Of a DNA stretch of 64,000 nt, positions 10,291-20,182 are shown one piece after another. The stretch covers positions 64,001-128,000 of the forward strand of contig JAUVNS010000001.1 of NCBI GenBank assembly GCA_030599585.1. The letters are read 5' to 3'. The position numbers and the translations under genes are program-made. The notes beneath the pieces are model-generated. The model did not search any database. It was not told the DNA's origin and saw only the letters and a program-made list of their open reading frames with translations. Position 1 is the first letter of the stretch. Each line of letters opens with the position of its first letter. This stretch comes from Promethearchaeota archaeon. GTDB lineage: Archaea > Asgardarchaeota > Lokiarchaeia > Sigyniarchaeales > SOKP01.

Positions 10291-10986
10291 TTACTGTTCT
10301 GATCCACAATTTGGGCAAAATTTTGCTTCAAACGATATTTTTGTACCACAATGTGCGCAGAATTCCGGTCTTGGACTATATGAACTCTCTTGTTTTTTGA
10401 CACTTGTGGGTTCCTTCGTTATTTCTGAAGATTTGATCGATGGTTTGACCGATCCAGAAAAATTTGCTTTAATCTTAGAAACATCTTCAATAAGTTGTAC
10501 ATCATTTTTTCTTTTTTTCGAAAAGCTATTAGTTAGTACCCAAAAGATTATCATAGCCGGAACGAGTGCAATGATAAGAACCATGAAAATAATTATCGAG
10601 TATAGCGATCCAAAAATGCCCCACATCGACCCAAAAGATATCGGGATGATACCTACTACTACTAATACTCCTATGACTAAACCAATTGTAACTAAAATAG
10701 CAGAAGTTAGCGACATATAATACATCCAATCACTTGATCCTTCTAACATGTTTTCTTCAATGTTTCTCGATTGGTTAATGATGTAATTGATCCTTACTTT
10801 ATTCCCCGAGGTTGTGGTTCCAATTACGATAATATTATCTGATGGACTCAGAGTTGGTCTTTTTTTCGTTGAAAAACAATAATGTAAGTTATTTTGCGAG
10901 TCTTCTAACATAAAAGACAAATTTCCCGAATAGGATTTTGTGAAACTTTTAACCATTCCTTCCAAAACAATTGTGTGTTCAGACAT
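10291..10986 (-). CDS. membrane protein with two TM helices and a C-terminal zinc ribbon
   Basis: FCAHCG…FCPNCG at the C-terminus; two hydrophobic helices; beta-rich N-terminus. Confidence 0.8.
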   Translation of the reverse strand: MSEHTIVLEGMVKSFTKSYSGNLSFMLEDSQNNLHYCFSTKKRPTLSPSDNIIVIGTTTSGNKVRINYIINQSRNIEENMLEGSSDWMYYMSLTSAILVTIGLVIGVLVVVGIIPISFGSMWGIFGSLYSIIIFMVLIIALVPAMIIFWVLTNSFSKKRKNDVQLIEDVSKIKANFSGSVKPSIKSSEITKEPTSVKKQESSYSPRPEFCAHCGTKISFEAKFCPNCGSEQ

Positions 10987-11122
10987 TTTGTTAAATCAAC
11001 TCGAAATTAATATTGAATAATGTTAAATTAATATCGTATGGTCTTAATTTATAAGAAATTTAAACTAATATTTAATTTTTTCAGCATAAAGTAGGTTGTG
11101 TTGGAATTATCATTTAGGATTC

Positions 11123-11695
11123 TTAACTTTTTCTCTCACGAAAACCATGTTCGTATAATTTATCTCGAATCTTTTTCATTCCGGGACAATCATCCCAATT
11201 TCCTTGGTAGTCACATTTAATACAATCCTTTTTAAGACGGTTTGCTCGAATGTAGGCTATTGCTCCAATTAGGAAATTAATTTCTAACAATGTAAGTATT
11301 TTTACGAATAATGGGAAAGGTAATAGAAATACGGAAACGAGATGTAATCCTACTCCTATTCCGTTAGAGGCTTTTGAGAATATCTTTAGGAATCGGTACT
11401 TGGTTAAACCTATAACGCTGAGGATTATAGGTATAAAAAAGATAGGTGAAATGAGATACATAATGATCAAATTGTATATGTTTAGGTCTATAAACAATAA
11501 AGTAAGAATGATAGTGATTATTATTACGGGATAGAAAGTAAAGCAACCAATACAGAGCCGCCGTTTTCCTAAGTGATATACATGGGCTGAGAACTCATCG
11601 CAATTTGGATGGTGCGATAACATGATTGGTTTAAAATCCGATAAAAGCAAGCGGAAACGAGAAAATTTATGTCTTATCTTTTTAAAAAACTTCAC
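11123..11695 (-). CDS. Cys/His-rich membrane protein (DUF2085-like)
   Basis: HHPNC…H…LCIGC, four TM segments, CIKC…C. Confidence 0.65.
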   Translation of the reverse strand: MKFFKKIRHKFSRFRLLLSDFKPIMLSHHPNCDEFSAHVYHLGKRRLCIGCFTFYPVIIITIILTLLFIDLNIYNLIIMYLISPIFFIPIILSVIGLTKYRFLKIFSKASNGIGVGLHLVSVFLLPFPLFVKILTLLEINFLIGAIAYIRANRLKKDCIKCDYQGNWDDCPGMKKIRDKLYEHGFRERKS

Positions 11696-11800
11696 CTTGG
11701 TTTGTAAAGTATCCTCAAATATTTTTTCTGAAAATAAAATTACTTGAATCCAATCAAAATTAAAAAAAAAAGAATAGATTGTTATAAATAATATTCTAAT

Positions 11801-12019
11801 TTAATCTCTAACTACTAAATAGATGATGCAGCCTATACATCCTGTAACTAAAACTATTAATAACCAGACTGCTGCATTCATGTCTCTTTTCTTAGCGTCC
11901 TTATATACCCATATAGCGACTATTATTGCGATAATAAACCAGACTCCAGCCAAGATTAAGGGTAGTATCAATAAGAATCCTAACGCTCCAAAAGGATCAA
12001 ATGGGAAAGTAAATAACAT
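11801..12019 (-). CDS. small two-TM protein (PLDc N-terminal-like)
   Basis: IWVYKDAKKRDMNAAVWLLIVL…GCIIYLVVR. Confidence 0.75.
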   Translation of the reverse strand: MLFTFPFDPFGALGFLLILPLILAGVWFIIAIIVAIWVYKDAKKRDMNAAVWLLIVLVTGCIGCIIYLVVRD

Positions 12020-12225
12020 TTTTTTTTGCCTCAGTTTTGTTTTTATACTACAAATTTTTTAAATTTGTTGTAATTAACATAGTCATCGTGTTATTTAAAG
12101 ATGCTTATTTCCCAGCACTAACCCACTATTAAACTTATTACAATTCTTGAATTAAATGCAATAATTGCATGTAATTTCTCTTTGATAATAATATAAAATA
12201 ATAATAAAAACATCTGACTATTGAG

Positions 12226-13503
12226 ATGCCTCGGCAAATTTTAAATAAGAACCGTATTACATTTCTCTCTTTTGTAGTGTTGTTTTTAGTTTCAAATATA
12301 ACAATGTTTTCTATTTTTGTCGACAATAACATGATGCCTACTTATTTAGATGTAGATCGAAAAGCCAATGGAAACACCATGATTTCTACATTCAGTTTTT
12401 TAGAAGTATTGAATTATCCAAATAGAATGCTAAATCAGATTCCAGTAGAACCAAATAGTTCAGATCATAAAATCTTTGAAGTAGATCGATCAGGAAATAA
12501 AGTATGGGAGCTAATTGGCTTAGCGCAACCTCATGAGATTGAGGAATTACCGAATGGACATTTATTAATAGCCGATACTGGCTTTGATAGGGTAATAGAA
12601 ATCGATTATCCAAATAAAAATATAGTATGGGAATGGAAACCAGAGCACATTAATTGGACCAAGGTAAACCCACTCTGGGATTCTAGCCATTATTACAATG
12701 GGCCTCCAGCTTTTGATTGGACTCATCTAAACGATGTGGATTTTAAGCAGTACTCTACTTGGAACGCGTGTTTAATTTCAATTCGGAATTTTGATATGAT
12801 TGTAGAAGTTAACTATACTGCAGAAAAATTAGGTCCCAGTAATAATCCCGATAATATTGTGTGGTATTATGGGGATTATAAAAACCATTCAGTTCTACAA
12901 CGACAGCATAATCCGGATTATTTAAGTAATGGAAACATTATCATTGCTGATTCTGAAAATAATCGAATCATAGAGGTCAATTACACCACTAAAAAGGTAG
13001 AATGGGTATATCAAAGCGGATTAGATTGGCCAAGAGACGCAGATGAAATACTCAACGGAAATATTTTGATCACAGATTCGTTAAATAGTAGGGTCTTTAT
13101 AATTAATAAAGAGTCTAAAGCAATTTTATGGCAATTCAAAGGTGATTTAGTAAATCCATATGAAGCCGATATGCTCGACAATGGAAATATACTAATTGGT
13201 AATGGTATAGGAGGTGTTGTATATGAACTTAATAGAGATGGTGCCATAGTTTGGAAATATGGTTTGTCCTATTTAAAGAGTGTAGTGTACCTTAATTGTA
13301 TCATTACTGTGCTTATGTCGGGAGCGTTTTTATTTTTTCTATTTACCAAGAAAAACTGGAAAGCAGAGTTTACAAAAAGAAAATTAAGTTTTTCGATCAA
13401 ATCAGGGGTTTTAATAAGCCTCATTATAATTTCTATTACAGTATTACTCACTTATACTTCAATTACAATGTTGGTGTTCCGAATCTTGTTTAGTAGTAGA
13501 TGA
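12226..13503 (+). CDS. arylsulfotransferase (ASST)-like beta-propeller, membrane anchored
   Basis: WTHLNDVD, ISIRNFD, QHNPD, WPRDAD, repeated NGNILI; N-terminal and C-terminal TM helices. Confidence 0.75.
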   Translation: MPRQILNKNRITFLSFVVLFLVSNITMFSIFVDNNMMPTYLDVDRKANGNTMISTFSFLEVLNYPNRMLNQIPVEPNSSDHKIFEVDRSGNKVWELIGLAQPHEIEELPNGHLLIADTGFDRVIEIDYPNKNIVWEWKPEHINWTKVNPLWDSSHYYNGPPAFDWTHLNDVDFKQYSTWNACLISIRNFDMIVEVNYTAEKLGPSNNPDNIVWYYGDYKNHSVLQRQHNPDYLSNGNIIIADSENNRIIEVNYTTKKVEWVYQSGLDWPRDADEILNGNILITDSLNSRVFIINKESKAILWQFKGDLVNPYEADMLDNGNILIGNGIGGVVYELNRDGAIVWKYGLSYLKSVVYLNCIITVLMSGAFLFFLFTKKNWKAEFTKRKLSFSIKSGVLISLIIISITVLLTYTSITMLVFRILFSSR

Positions 13504-13577
13504 TGACTCAAATAATTATTAAATTTTGACTTACCTAAAAAAACTTAAGTATAGAGATGTAATTAAAGAACAATAAT

Positions 13578-15128
13578 ATGAGAATTAGAAACCCTTTTTC
13601 CATTCGAATCGCACTACATCTAATTCTATTATTATTACAATTACTATTTTGGAATTTCACCATAGACGATGCGTTTATCTCGTTTAGATACGCTAAAAAT
13701 CTTTTTTTCAATCAAGAAATGGTATTTAATGTAGGTGAGGCTCCCGTTGAAGGTTATTCGAATTTCTTATGGGTAATGTGGATGACGTTAAGTTTCGCTT
13801 TTAACATAGAAATTGTCTTTTTTTCCAAAGTTTCTGGATTGATTTTTTGTCATTTTAGCGTTGTAATCCTTTACAAATTAGCTTTTCGAATAAGTAAATC
13901 AAAAGATTCAAGCTGTCTGATAATTCTTTTTTATGTTTTAACTCCAAACATAGCTCTATGGTCAGTGGGTGGTTTAGAGACTTCCCTATTCTCCTGTCTT
14001 TTACTTGTATCCGTTTACTTTTTTATTCAAGATGTATCTGTTAGGAAAAATCGAATTGTTAAGCTATCACCTTTTTCTTTCCTGTTGTTAAGTTTAACGC
14101 GTCACGAAGGAGCAGTCTTATATACCCTAACATTGATTTTCTTTATTTATTTACTCATCAAGAGCAAAGAAATTGAAGTCAATAGACGAATCATTCTTCT
14201 TTTTTGTTATGGAGGAACATTTTTGCTTACATACGCACCATATTTTCTATGGAGAATCGCTTATTATAACAACATCCTCCCCCATACATTCGTAGCAAAG
14301 CAAACGGGTTTTGATTTATTGTTGTTTATGGGGCGATTGGTTTTTTATTTACCGTTAATAATCTTTCTATTACCTACTTTTCTCCTAATTATGCTATATT
14401 ATATTAAACGCTCCAATTACCGAATAAAGGATGTAATTCAACAGTATATTATTCTAATTATACTTTCATTATCAATTATAATCCTATTCTTAACAGCTTG
14501 GATGCCCGGATTTAGATTTACCGTGCCGATAATTCCATTAGTCTATTTACTACTACTGAAACCGCTTAATTTCATATTTACTACTTATAGAAACAAATTT
14601 AAACTCAGCATTTTGTCTAAGAACTTCAAATATATAACTGTAACAATAATTTGCGTATTAAGTTTCTCACAGATTTTTACATTCTATCCTTTCGTTGATT
14701 TTTATGGAACTGGAATCAACGATTGTAATATAGTTTTAGGAAAGTGGATTGACGAGAATTCATCAGAAAATGCATCTCTTGCCGTTTGGGATGCTGGAGC
14801 TATTCCATTTTATTCTAATATCCGCACAATAGATATATACCCCGATAGTTTACAAGATCTACATTTATATAATAATCCGGAGGATACAGATTATATTTTA
14901 GACCAAAATATAACTTTTCTTATATTGAATGACGAGTATTTTAGTTACATTAAAGCAGATGTTCGCTTTCTCAATAATTATCACTTAATATTTTTCGCCC
15001 AGTTCTATTATGCTGACAATTTCTACGGAAGAGATTATGTCTACCAAATGTATTTATTCAATGAATTTAATATCTCTGAATCAGCGATCAGCGCCTTGAT
15101 TAACTCTTCTAATAGATTTTACATTTAA
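13578..15128 (+). CDS. GT-C fold polytopic glycosyltransferase (ArnT/AftB-like)
   Basis: DDAFISFRYAKNL…VEGYSNFLW, GLET, TRHEG, DAGAIPFYS. Confidence 0.8.
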   Translation: MRIRNPFSIRIALHLILLLLQLLFWNFTIDDAFISFRYAKNLFFNQEMVFNVGEAPVEGYSNFLWVMWMTLSFAFNIEIVFFSKVSGLIFCHFSVVILYKLAFRISKSKDSSCLIILFYVLTPNIALWSVGGLETSLFSCLLLVSVYFFIQDVSVRKNRIVKLSPFSFLLLSLTRHEGAVLYTLTLIFFIYLLIKSKEIEVNRRIILLFCYGGTFLLTYAPYFLWRIAYYNNILPHTFVAKQTGFDLLLFMGRLVFYLPLIIFLLPTFLLIMLYYIKRSNYRIKDVIQQYIILIILSLSIIILFLTAWMPGFRFTVPIIPLVYLLLLKPLNFIFTTYRNKFKLSILSKNFKYITVTIICVLSFSQIFTFYPFVDFYGTGINDCNIVLGKWIDENSSENASLAVWDAGAIPFYSNIRTIDIYPDSLQDLHLYNNPEDTDYILDQNITFLILNDEYFSYIKADVRFLNNYHLIFFAQFYYADNFYGRDYVYQMYLFNEFNISESAISALINSSNRFYI

Positions 15129-15134
15129 AACAAT

Positions 15135-15947
15135 TTAATCTAATTTTAACCCTTTAACCGGCTTGCGTGATCGTGGAGGAGCTCGTTTGAAGGTTATGTT
15201 AGGATATCCAATCATAAAAGCTCCAATACGTTTCCCTCTCACACCAGCTAATTTCATAATTTTCTTATTGTGCTGAGATGCAATATTAATAAAACCATTC
15301 CAACACGTACCTAAACCTAAAGATTGTGCTGCGAGTCTACCATACGTAATTATGATACCAATATTATGATCAGCAAGTTGCATATCAAACATGGATGATA
15401 CAAATATCACATGAGGAGCATCATGGAATAAGGGATTAGCATAATTTTTTTTCCGAGCTTCAAAAGATTCTCCATATTGTGCTCTCATGCCAAGTTTATT
15501 AAATAACGTGTCAATTACCTCATCTGATAAACTCTTTAATATCTCTTGATCAGATACAATCGCATACTTTTCATACCTGAGATTACTGGCTGTTGGAGCA
15601 TGTTGCATAAGATCCAGGACTTTTTTTAAGATATTCTTAGGCACTTCTTTCTTTTTGTACTGCCTTATAGAACGGTGACCTCTTAGAAATTTATACAGAT
15701 TATCGTAGGGTACGATTGAATCGAGTTTTTCAATCCCTTCAAAAGCGAAAGCCTCATCTCCAAAATCTTCGTAAATTATTGCATCTTGTGGACAAACTGC
15801 AATACAGTGCCCACAAAGCATACACATATTGTCTAAATCTTCAAAAAGGACATTATTTTTGGCTTCATCTAACGAATAAAATCGACACTCTTGAATACAC
15901 AAACGGCAACCATTACATCTTTCATAATCTATTCCCACGATCGGCAT
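15135..15947 (-). CDS. nitroreductase with an N-terminal 2x[4Fe-4S] ferredoxin domain
   Basis: CNGCRLCIQEC, CMLCGHCIAVCP, HRSIRQY, APTASN, LGTCW. Confidence 0.9.
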   Translation of the reverse strand: MPIVGIDYERCNGCRLCIQECRFYSLDEAKNNVLFEDLDNMCMLCGHCIAVCPQDAIIYEDFGDEAFAFEGIEKLDSIVPYDNLYKFLRGHRSIRQYKKKEVPKNILKKVLDLMQHAPTASNLRYEKYAIVSDQEILKSLSDEVIDTLFNKLGMRAQYGESFEARKKNYANPLFHDAPHVIFVSSMFDMQLADHNIGIIITYGRLAAQSLGLGTCWNGFINIASQHNKKIMKLAGVRGKRIGAFMIGYPNITFKRAPPRSRKPVKGLKLD

Positions 15948-16112
15948 AATTTTCCACGATTTGTATTTTTATAGAATATATTAAAGAATAGAATTTCTTT
16001 AAATTTTCGGGTTAATAATATTAGTATTTTGAAATTATATCAATGAAAAAGAATTGGCGTAATTTGAATCAACTGAGAATGATTTTTAAAGTGTCAAGAA
16101 TTTTAGAAAATT

Positions 16113-17222
16113 ATGATAAGTGATTTTTACGAAAAATTAGCTAAATTAGCAGTAAATTATGCCGTGGACGTAAAAAAGGGCCAACGAGTGGCTGTAGTAG
16201 GACCAACATTGGCTAAAGAACTCTTTCAAGCAATTTATGTAGAGGTTATAAAAGTGGGTGCTCATCCAACTTTGGTTCCTGATATCGAAGGAACTCAAGA
16301 ATTACTTTATAAATATGGTTCTGAAGAACAATTGGAATATGTTGATACCATCCAAAAAATGGTGATTAACGAATTTGACTGCCTTATTAGTATTTTTGCG
16401 GATTATAACCAGAAAAAACTGTCGTTAGTCGATCCAAAAAAGGTTGCTAAATCTCGAGGATCACCAGGACGTCGAGAAATGATGGGAATTTATATGGAAA
16501 GATACGCTAAAGGTGAATTGAATTGGGTTATAGTTCCTTTTCCGTGTAATGCATTTGCACAAGAAGCAAATATGGATCTTTTCTCGTACTTTGACTTTGT
16601 AAAAACCGCATTACTCTTAGATAAGGATGATCCCGTAAAAGAGTGGAAGGAAATTGAGAAGAAACAAGATAAACTCGTCGAAATTTTAGACAAAGTGGAA
16701 AAAATACAAGTTTTAGGGCAAGATACGGACTTAACTGTTTCAGTGAAGGGTAGAAAATGGATTAATTGCTGCGGACATAATAATTTACCTGATGGTGAGG
16801 TATATACAAGTCCTTTAGAAGATTCTGTTAATGGACACATAAGATTTACATATCCCGGAATTTATAGCGGTAGAGAAGTAGAAAATATATACTTAGAATT
16901 CAAAGATGGAATAGTTACCAAAGCTACTGCAGATAAGGCTGAGGACTTGCTTCATGAGTTAATTGCTATCGAAGGTGCTAAAATCCTTGGTGAATTCGCT
17001 TTCGGAACTAACTATGGTGTCACCGATTTTACAAAAAATATGTTGTTTGACGAAAAAATGGGAGGGACTATGCATTGTGCGTTAGGTGCAGGACCACCCG
17101 ATACAGGATCAACCAACAAAAGTGCGATTCACTGGGATATCCTTAAAGATATGAGCTTACCAGGTTCTAAGGTTATTGCTGACGGAAAAATTATTTACGA
17201 AGAGGGTAAGTGGAAGATTTAA
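16113..17222 (+). CDS. M29 family aminopeptidase (AmpS/AmpT/PepS)
   Basis: NLPDGEVYTSP, LGEFAFG, LFDEK…HCALG, SAIHWD. Confidence 0.92.
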   Translation: MISDFYEKLAKLAVNYAVDVKKGQRVAVVGPTLAKELFQAIYVEVIKVGAHPTLVPDIEGTQELLYKYGSEEQLEYVDTIQKMVINEFDCLISIFADYNQKKLSLVDPKKVAKSRGSPGRREMMGIYMERYAKGELNWVIVPFPCNAFAQEANMDLFSYFDFVKTALLLDKDDPVKEWKEIEKKQDKLVEILDKVEKIQVLGQDTDLTVSVKGRKWINCCGHNNLPDGEVYTSPLEDSVNGHIRFTYPGIYSGREVENIYLEFKDGIVTKATADKAEDLLHELIAIEGAKILGEFAFGTNYGVTDFTKNMLFDEKMGGTMHCALGAGPPDTGSTNKSAIHWDILKDMSLPGSKVIADGKIIYEEGKWKI

Positions 17223-17300
17223 ACAAATTCTATTTACTAATAAAACTTTTAACTAAATTTTCTCTTTTAATTTTAAATTGATTGATAAATTCGTAAAAAT

Positions 17301-18296
17301 ATGATTAAAGAGGAAGAGAAAGATACTTCTACTGACCAAAATAGAAGGATTTTAAGCATAGATGTATTTAAAGGGTTAACTATCCTTTTAATGGTTTTTC
17401 TTAACACTTTTCATCCCTACGACGACGTTCCAGCTTGGTCTAAACACGCTGGGGAATACGGACTAACATATGTTGATTTAGTAGCACCTTTTTTTGTATT
17501 TATGCTGGCGCTTAATATGAAAATCTCATATAGACGCCGTGCTGAAAAATTTGGAAAGAAAAGAGTGGTATTAAGATTTGTACGCAGATTTTTAATTTTC
17601 ATTGCCATAGGTTTGTTATTAACTATATATATCGATTACGACGGTTTTTACTTTCGATGGGGTACTCTTCAAGTGTTAGGGTTTTCAGGATTAATGGTAT
17701 TACCTCTACTCGAATTAAAACCATTTGTGAAGCTAACCTTTGCCATCGTTTTTATGGTTTTACATCAATTAATTCTTCTTACACCTGCAAGCGTAATAAT
17801 TTACGATTCGGTAGAAGGAGGTCTTTTAGCAGTACTTTCGTGGGGTTCTATGATGATTTTATCCTCGTTTTTATCCGAGGGATTAGAGAAGGGTAAAGAA
17901 CATGTAAAGCACTATTTCTTGTATGGGGGGTTGATTTGCTTACTAATTGGGATTGGAACTGGATTCTTTTTGGGTGTAAGTAGATCTTATATTTCGCTTC
18001 CTTATATTTTAATTAGCGTAGGAATAGCATCGATGCTATATTATCTTTTATCCTTTATATTTGAAGAATGGAAAACTAATTATAATTTCGTTAAAAATGA
18101 GAAGATATTCAGCGTTGTAGGGAAGAACGCGTTTATTTTTTATCTAATTCATATGTTGATTGCTTTCACGATTTATTCGATATTTCCTTTCGATACTCCT
18201 AGCATAATTCTTTTCCCATTAGCTATCGTTCATACTGCTTTCATCTGGCTCCTAGCGTATTTTATGAACAAACTGGAAATTTATATCGTAATATGA
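17301..18296 (+). CDS. HGSNAT-like / DUF1624 membrane acyltransferase
   Basis: RILSIDVFKGLTILLMVFLN…H…TYVDLVAPFFVF, GTLQ; polytopic. Confidence 0.8.
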   Translation: MIKEEEKDTSTDQNRRILSIDVFKGLTILLMVFLNTFHPYDDVPAWSKHAGEYGLTYVDLVAPFFVFMLALNMKISYRRRAEKFGKKRVVLRFVRRFLIFIAIGLLLTIYIDYDGFYFRWGTLQVLGFSGLMVLPLLELKPFVKLTFAIVFMVLHQLILLTPASVIIYDSVEGGLLAVLSWGSMMILSSFLSEGLEKGKEHVKHYFLYGGLICLLIGIGTGFFLGVSRSYISLPYILISVGIASMLYYLLSFIFEEWKTNYNFVKNEKIFSVVGKNAFIFYLIHMLIAFTIYSIFPFDTPSIILFPLAIVHTAFIWLLAYFMNKLEIYIVI

Positions 18297-18349
18297 GATT
18301 GAATATCTTAAAAGAACAGTTTCTATAACTAATTGTAGAAATATCTAAG

Positions 18350-19537
18350 TTAAAAATAATCTCTTACTCGAAACCATCTATACGACCTGATCCCTTGTGT
18401 TACTTCTAGTAATTTTTCTCTCATCATTTTTAGTAATAAATGCGTAGGATAATACTTTAATAGCGTATTAACTCGATTAAAAATAAGCCATCTTAGCTTC
18501 ATTGTGTATTGAAACTCAGAGTAAAGATATTTAGTTAATAAGTGTAAATAGAAGCTGGTAGATTTCTTTACGTTTTGTAAATTTTTTAAAATTGCGTAAG
18601 AGGCGAATTCAGCGGTTTTTTGTGCGTAATAAATTCCCTCACCCCAATATGGATCAGCAATACCCGCCGCATCACCTATTAACATTACTTTGTTTTTATA
18701 AATAGGAGTGACTTTGAAATTTCCATAGGGGATAGGATGCCCATGGATTTCGGAAATATCTTCTGGATTTATACCCAACGCAGATATAAAATTATGCAAC
18801 GCTTTTTTAAAAAAGCCTTTATTTTTTCTAATGAGACCTCCAACTCCAAGAATTACTTTATCTTTATTTGGAAACAACCAATTATATCCATATTTTAAAA
18901 ACCCTAATGAAATCATAGGATATTTGAAAAGCTCTTTATCTAAATCCTTTCTATCAATAAAACACTCCAGTCCTGTAGCTAAATTATAATTCCATTGCTC
19001 TTTTTTAATTATTCGATTACGGATAAATTCTTGCTTCACTATACTATTAACTCCATCAGCGCCTATGATAATATTTGCTTTAAATGTATCACCTTTCGAT
19101 AAACTTATTTCGCAAGATTGTAAATTTACCTTCTCAACTTTATCTCCTTCGATTACATCTACGCCAGCTTCCTTCGCCTTGTCCAAAAGGAAATTATCAT
19201 ATACTAATCTGTCCACGAAGTAAAAAGGAAACTGGGAAATATTGCTTGACATAATCCTTTTTACTTTATAATTAATTTCAAAACGATTTGTAAAATAATT
19301 TATAATATGCTTATCCAGAAGTGATTCCACCGTTTCGCCGAATATTCTCTTTAAAAGCTTAAAAGTTTTAAAAGTCAGGATACCACCACATAGCTTTTGT
19401 CGAGGAAATATATCTTTATCGATTATTTGTACATTGAGTCCGAGTCTCTTTAATAAATAACCCGCAGTAGATCCGCCTGGGCCTCCACCAACTATGATAA
19501 CATCGTAATCAACAGTTTGTTGAGAAATTTTGTCCAC
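18350..19537 (-). CDS. geranylgeranyl reductase family FAD oxidoreductase
   Basis: DVIIVGGGPGGS, FPRQKLCGG, GADGVNS, GYNWLFP, IGDAAG…GEGI. Confidence 0.88.
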   Translation of the reverse strand: MDKISQQTVDYDVIIVGGGPGGSTAGYLLKRLGLNVQIIDKDIFPRQKLCGGILTFKTFKLLKRIFGETVESLLDKHIINYFTNRFEINYKVKRIMSSNISQFPFYFVDRLVYDNFLLDKAKEAGVDVIEGDKVEKVNLQSCEISLSKGDTFKANIIIGADGVNSIVKQEFIRNRIIKKEQWNYNLATGLECFIDRKDLDKELFKYPMISLGFLKYGYNWLFPNKDKVILGVGGLIRKNKGFFKKALHNFISALGINPEDISEIHGHPIPYGNFKVTPIYKNKVMLIGDAAGIADPYWGEGIYYAQKTAEFASYAILKNLQNVKKSTSFYLHLLTKYLYSEFQYTMKLRWLIFNRVNTLLKYYPTHLLLKMMREKLLEVTQGIRSYRWFRVRDYF

Positions 19538-19739
19538 CTATAAAAATAATGATATGATCAAATAGTTAACCCGTTTTTCTATTTATATTTTTAAGTTTAA
19601 AATCTTTTTCTTAAAAAAAAAAAATTTTAAATTTAAAGGTAAATCTAAGCATAGTAAATTTTCATAGATAAAGCTTATAAAAAAGAATTGCATAATTGTT
19701 ATTTGCACTTTTTTGTATATTATATTCACAGGAATTAAT

Positions 19740-20045
19740 ATGAATATCTTAGAAGAACAATTTCATTTGTTTGAAATAGATGAGGAAAACGAAGATTTTA
19801 TGAAAATTGAAGTTGAAAACGGTCCAATTCAAACTCCTTTAGATACATCATCAATTTTTATAATTGTGGACCCTGTAAATAAAATAGTTTGGATATATCA
19901 CGGAAAGAATGTTAATGTTAGAAAGAAATTTATTGCGGCTCAAAAAGTACCAAATATACGAGACAATTATGGAATAGATTTTAAAATTGTAGCCGTTGAC
20001 GAGGGAAGTGAACCGTCTAAATTTAAGGAAATCGTAGGTCTATAA
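19740..20045 (+). CDS. single-domain gelsolin-like protein (Asgard actin regulator)
   Basis: IFIIVD…VWIYHGKNVNVRKKFIAA…VDEGSEPSKF matches the gelsolin domain pattern; ATG at 19740. Confidence 0.8.
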   Translation: MNILEEQFHLFEIDEENEDFMKIEVENGPIQTPLDTSSIFIIVDPVNKIVWIYHGKNVNVRKKFIAAQKVPNIRDNYGIDFKIVAVDEGSEPSKFKEIVGL

Positions 20046-20143
20046 CAATTTCTCTACTCTAAAATGTTCGAAAAAATTACATTAGGGCAAAGATCATAAT
20101 ATGTAGATGTCGTTCTACGAATACGGGTGTATACACAATTTAG

Positions 20144-20163
20144 CGTGAAATGAATCTTTCACG
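20144..20163. terminator. hairpin between convergent gelsolin and GTPase genes
   Basis: CGTGAAA-TGAATC-TTTCACG perfect 7-bp stem. Confidence 0.3.
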
Positions 20164-20182
20164 ATCTTTATGTTAATTGTAT

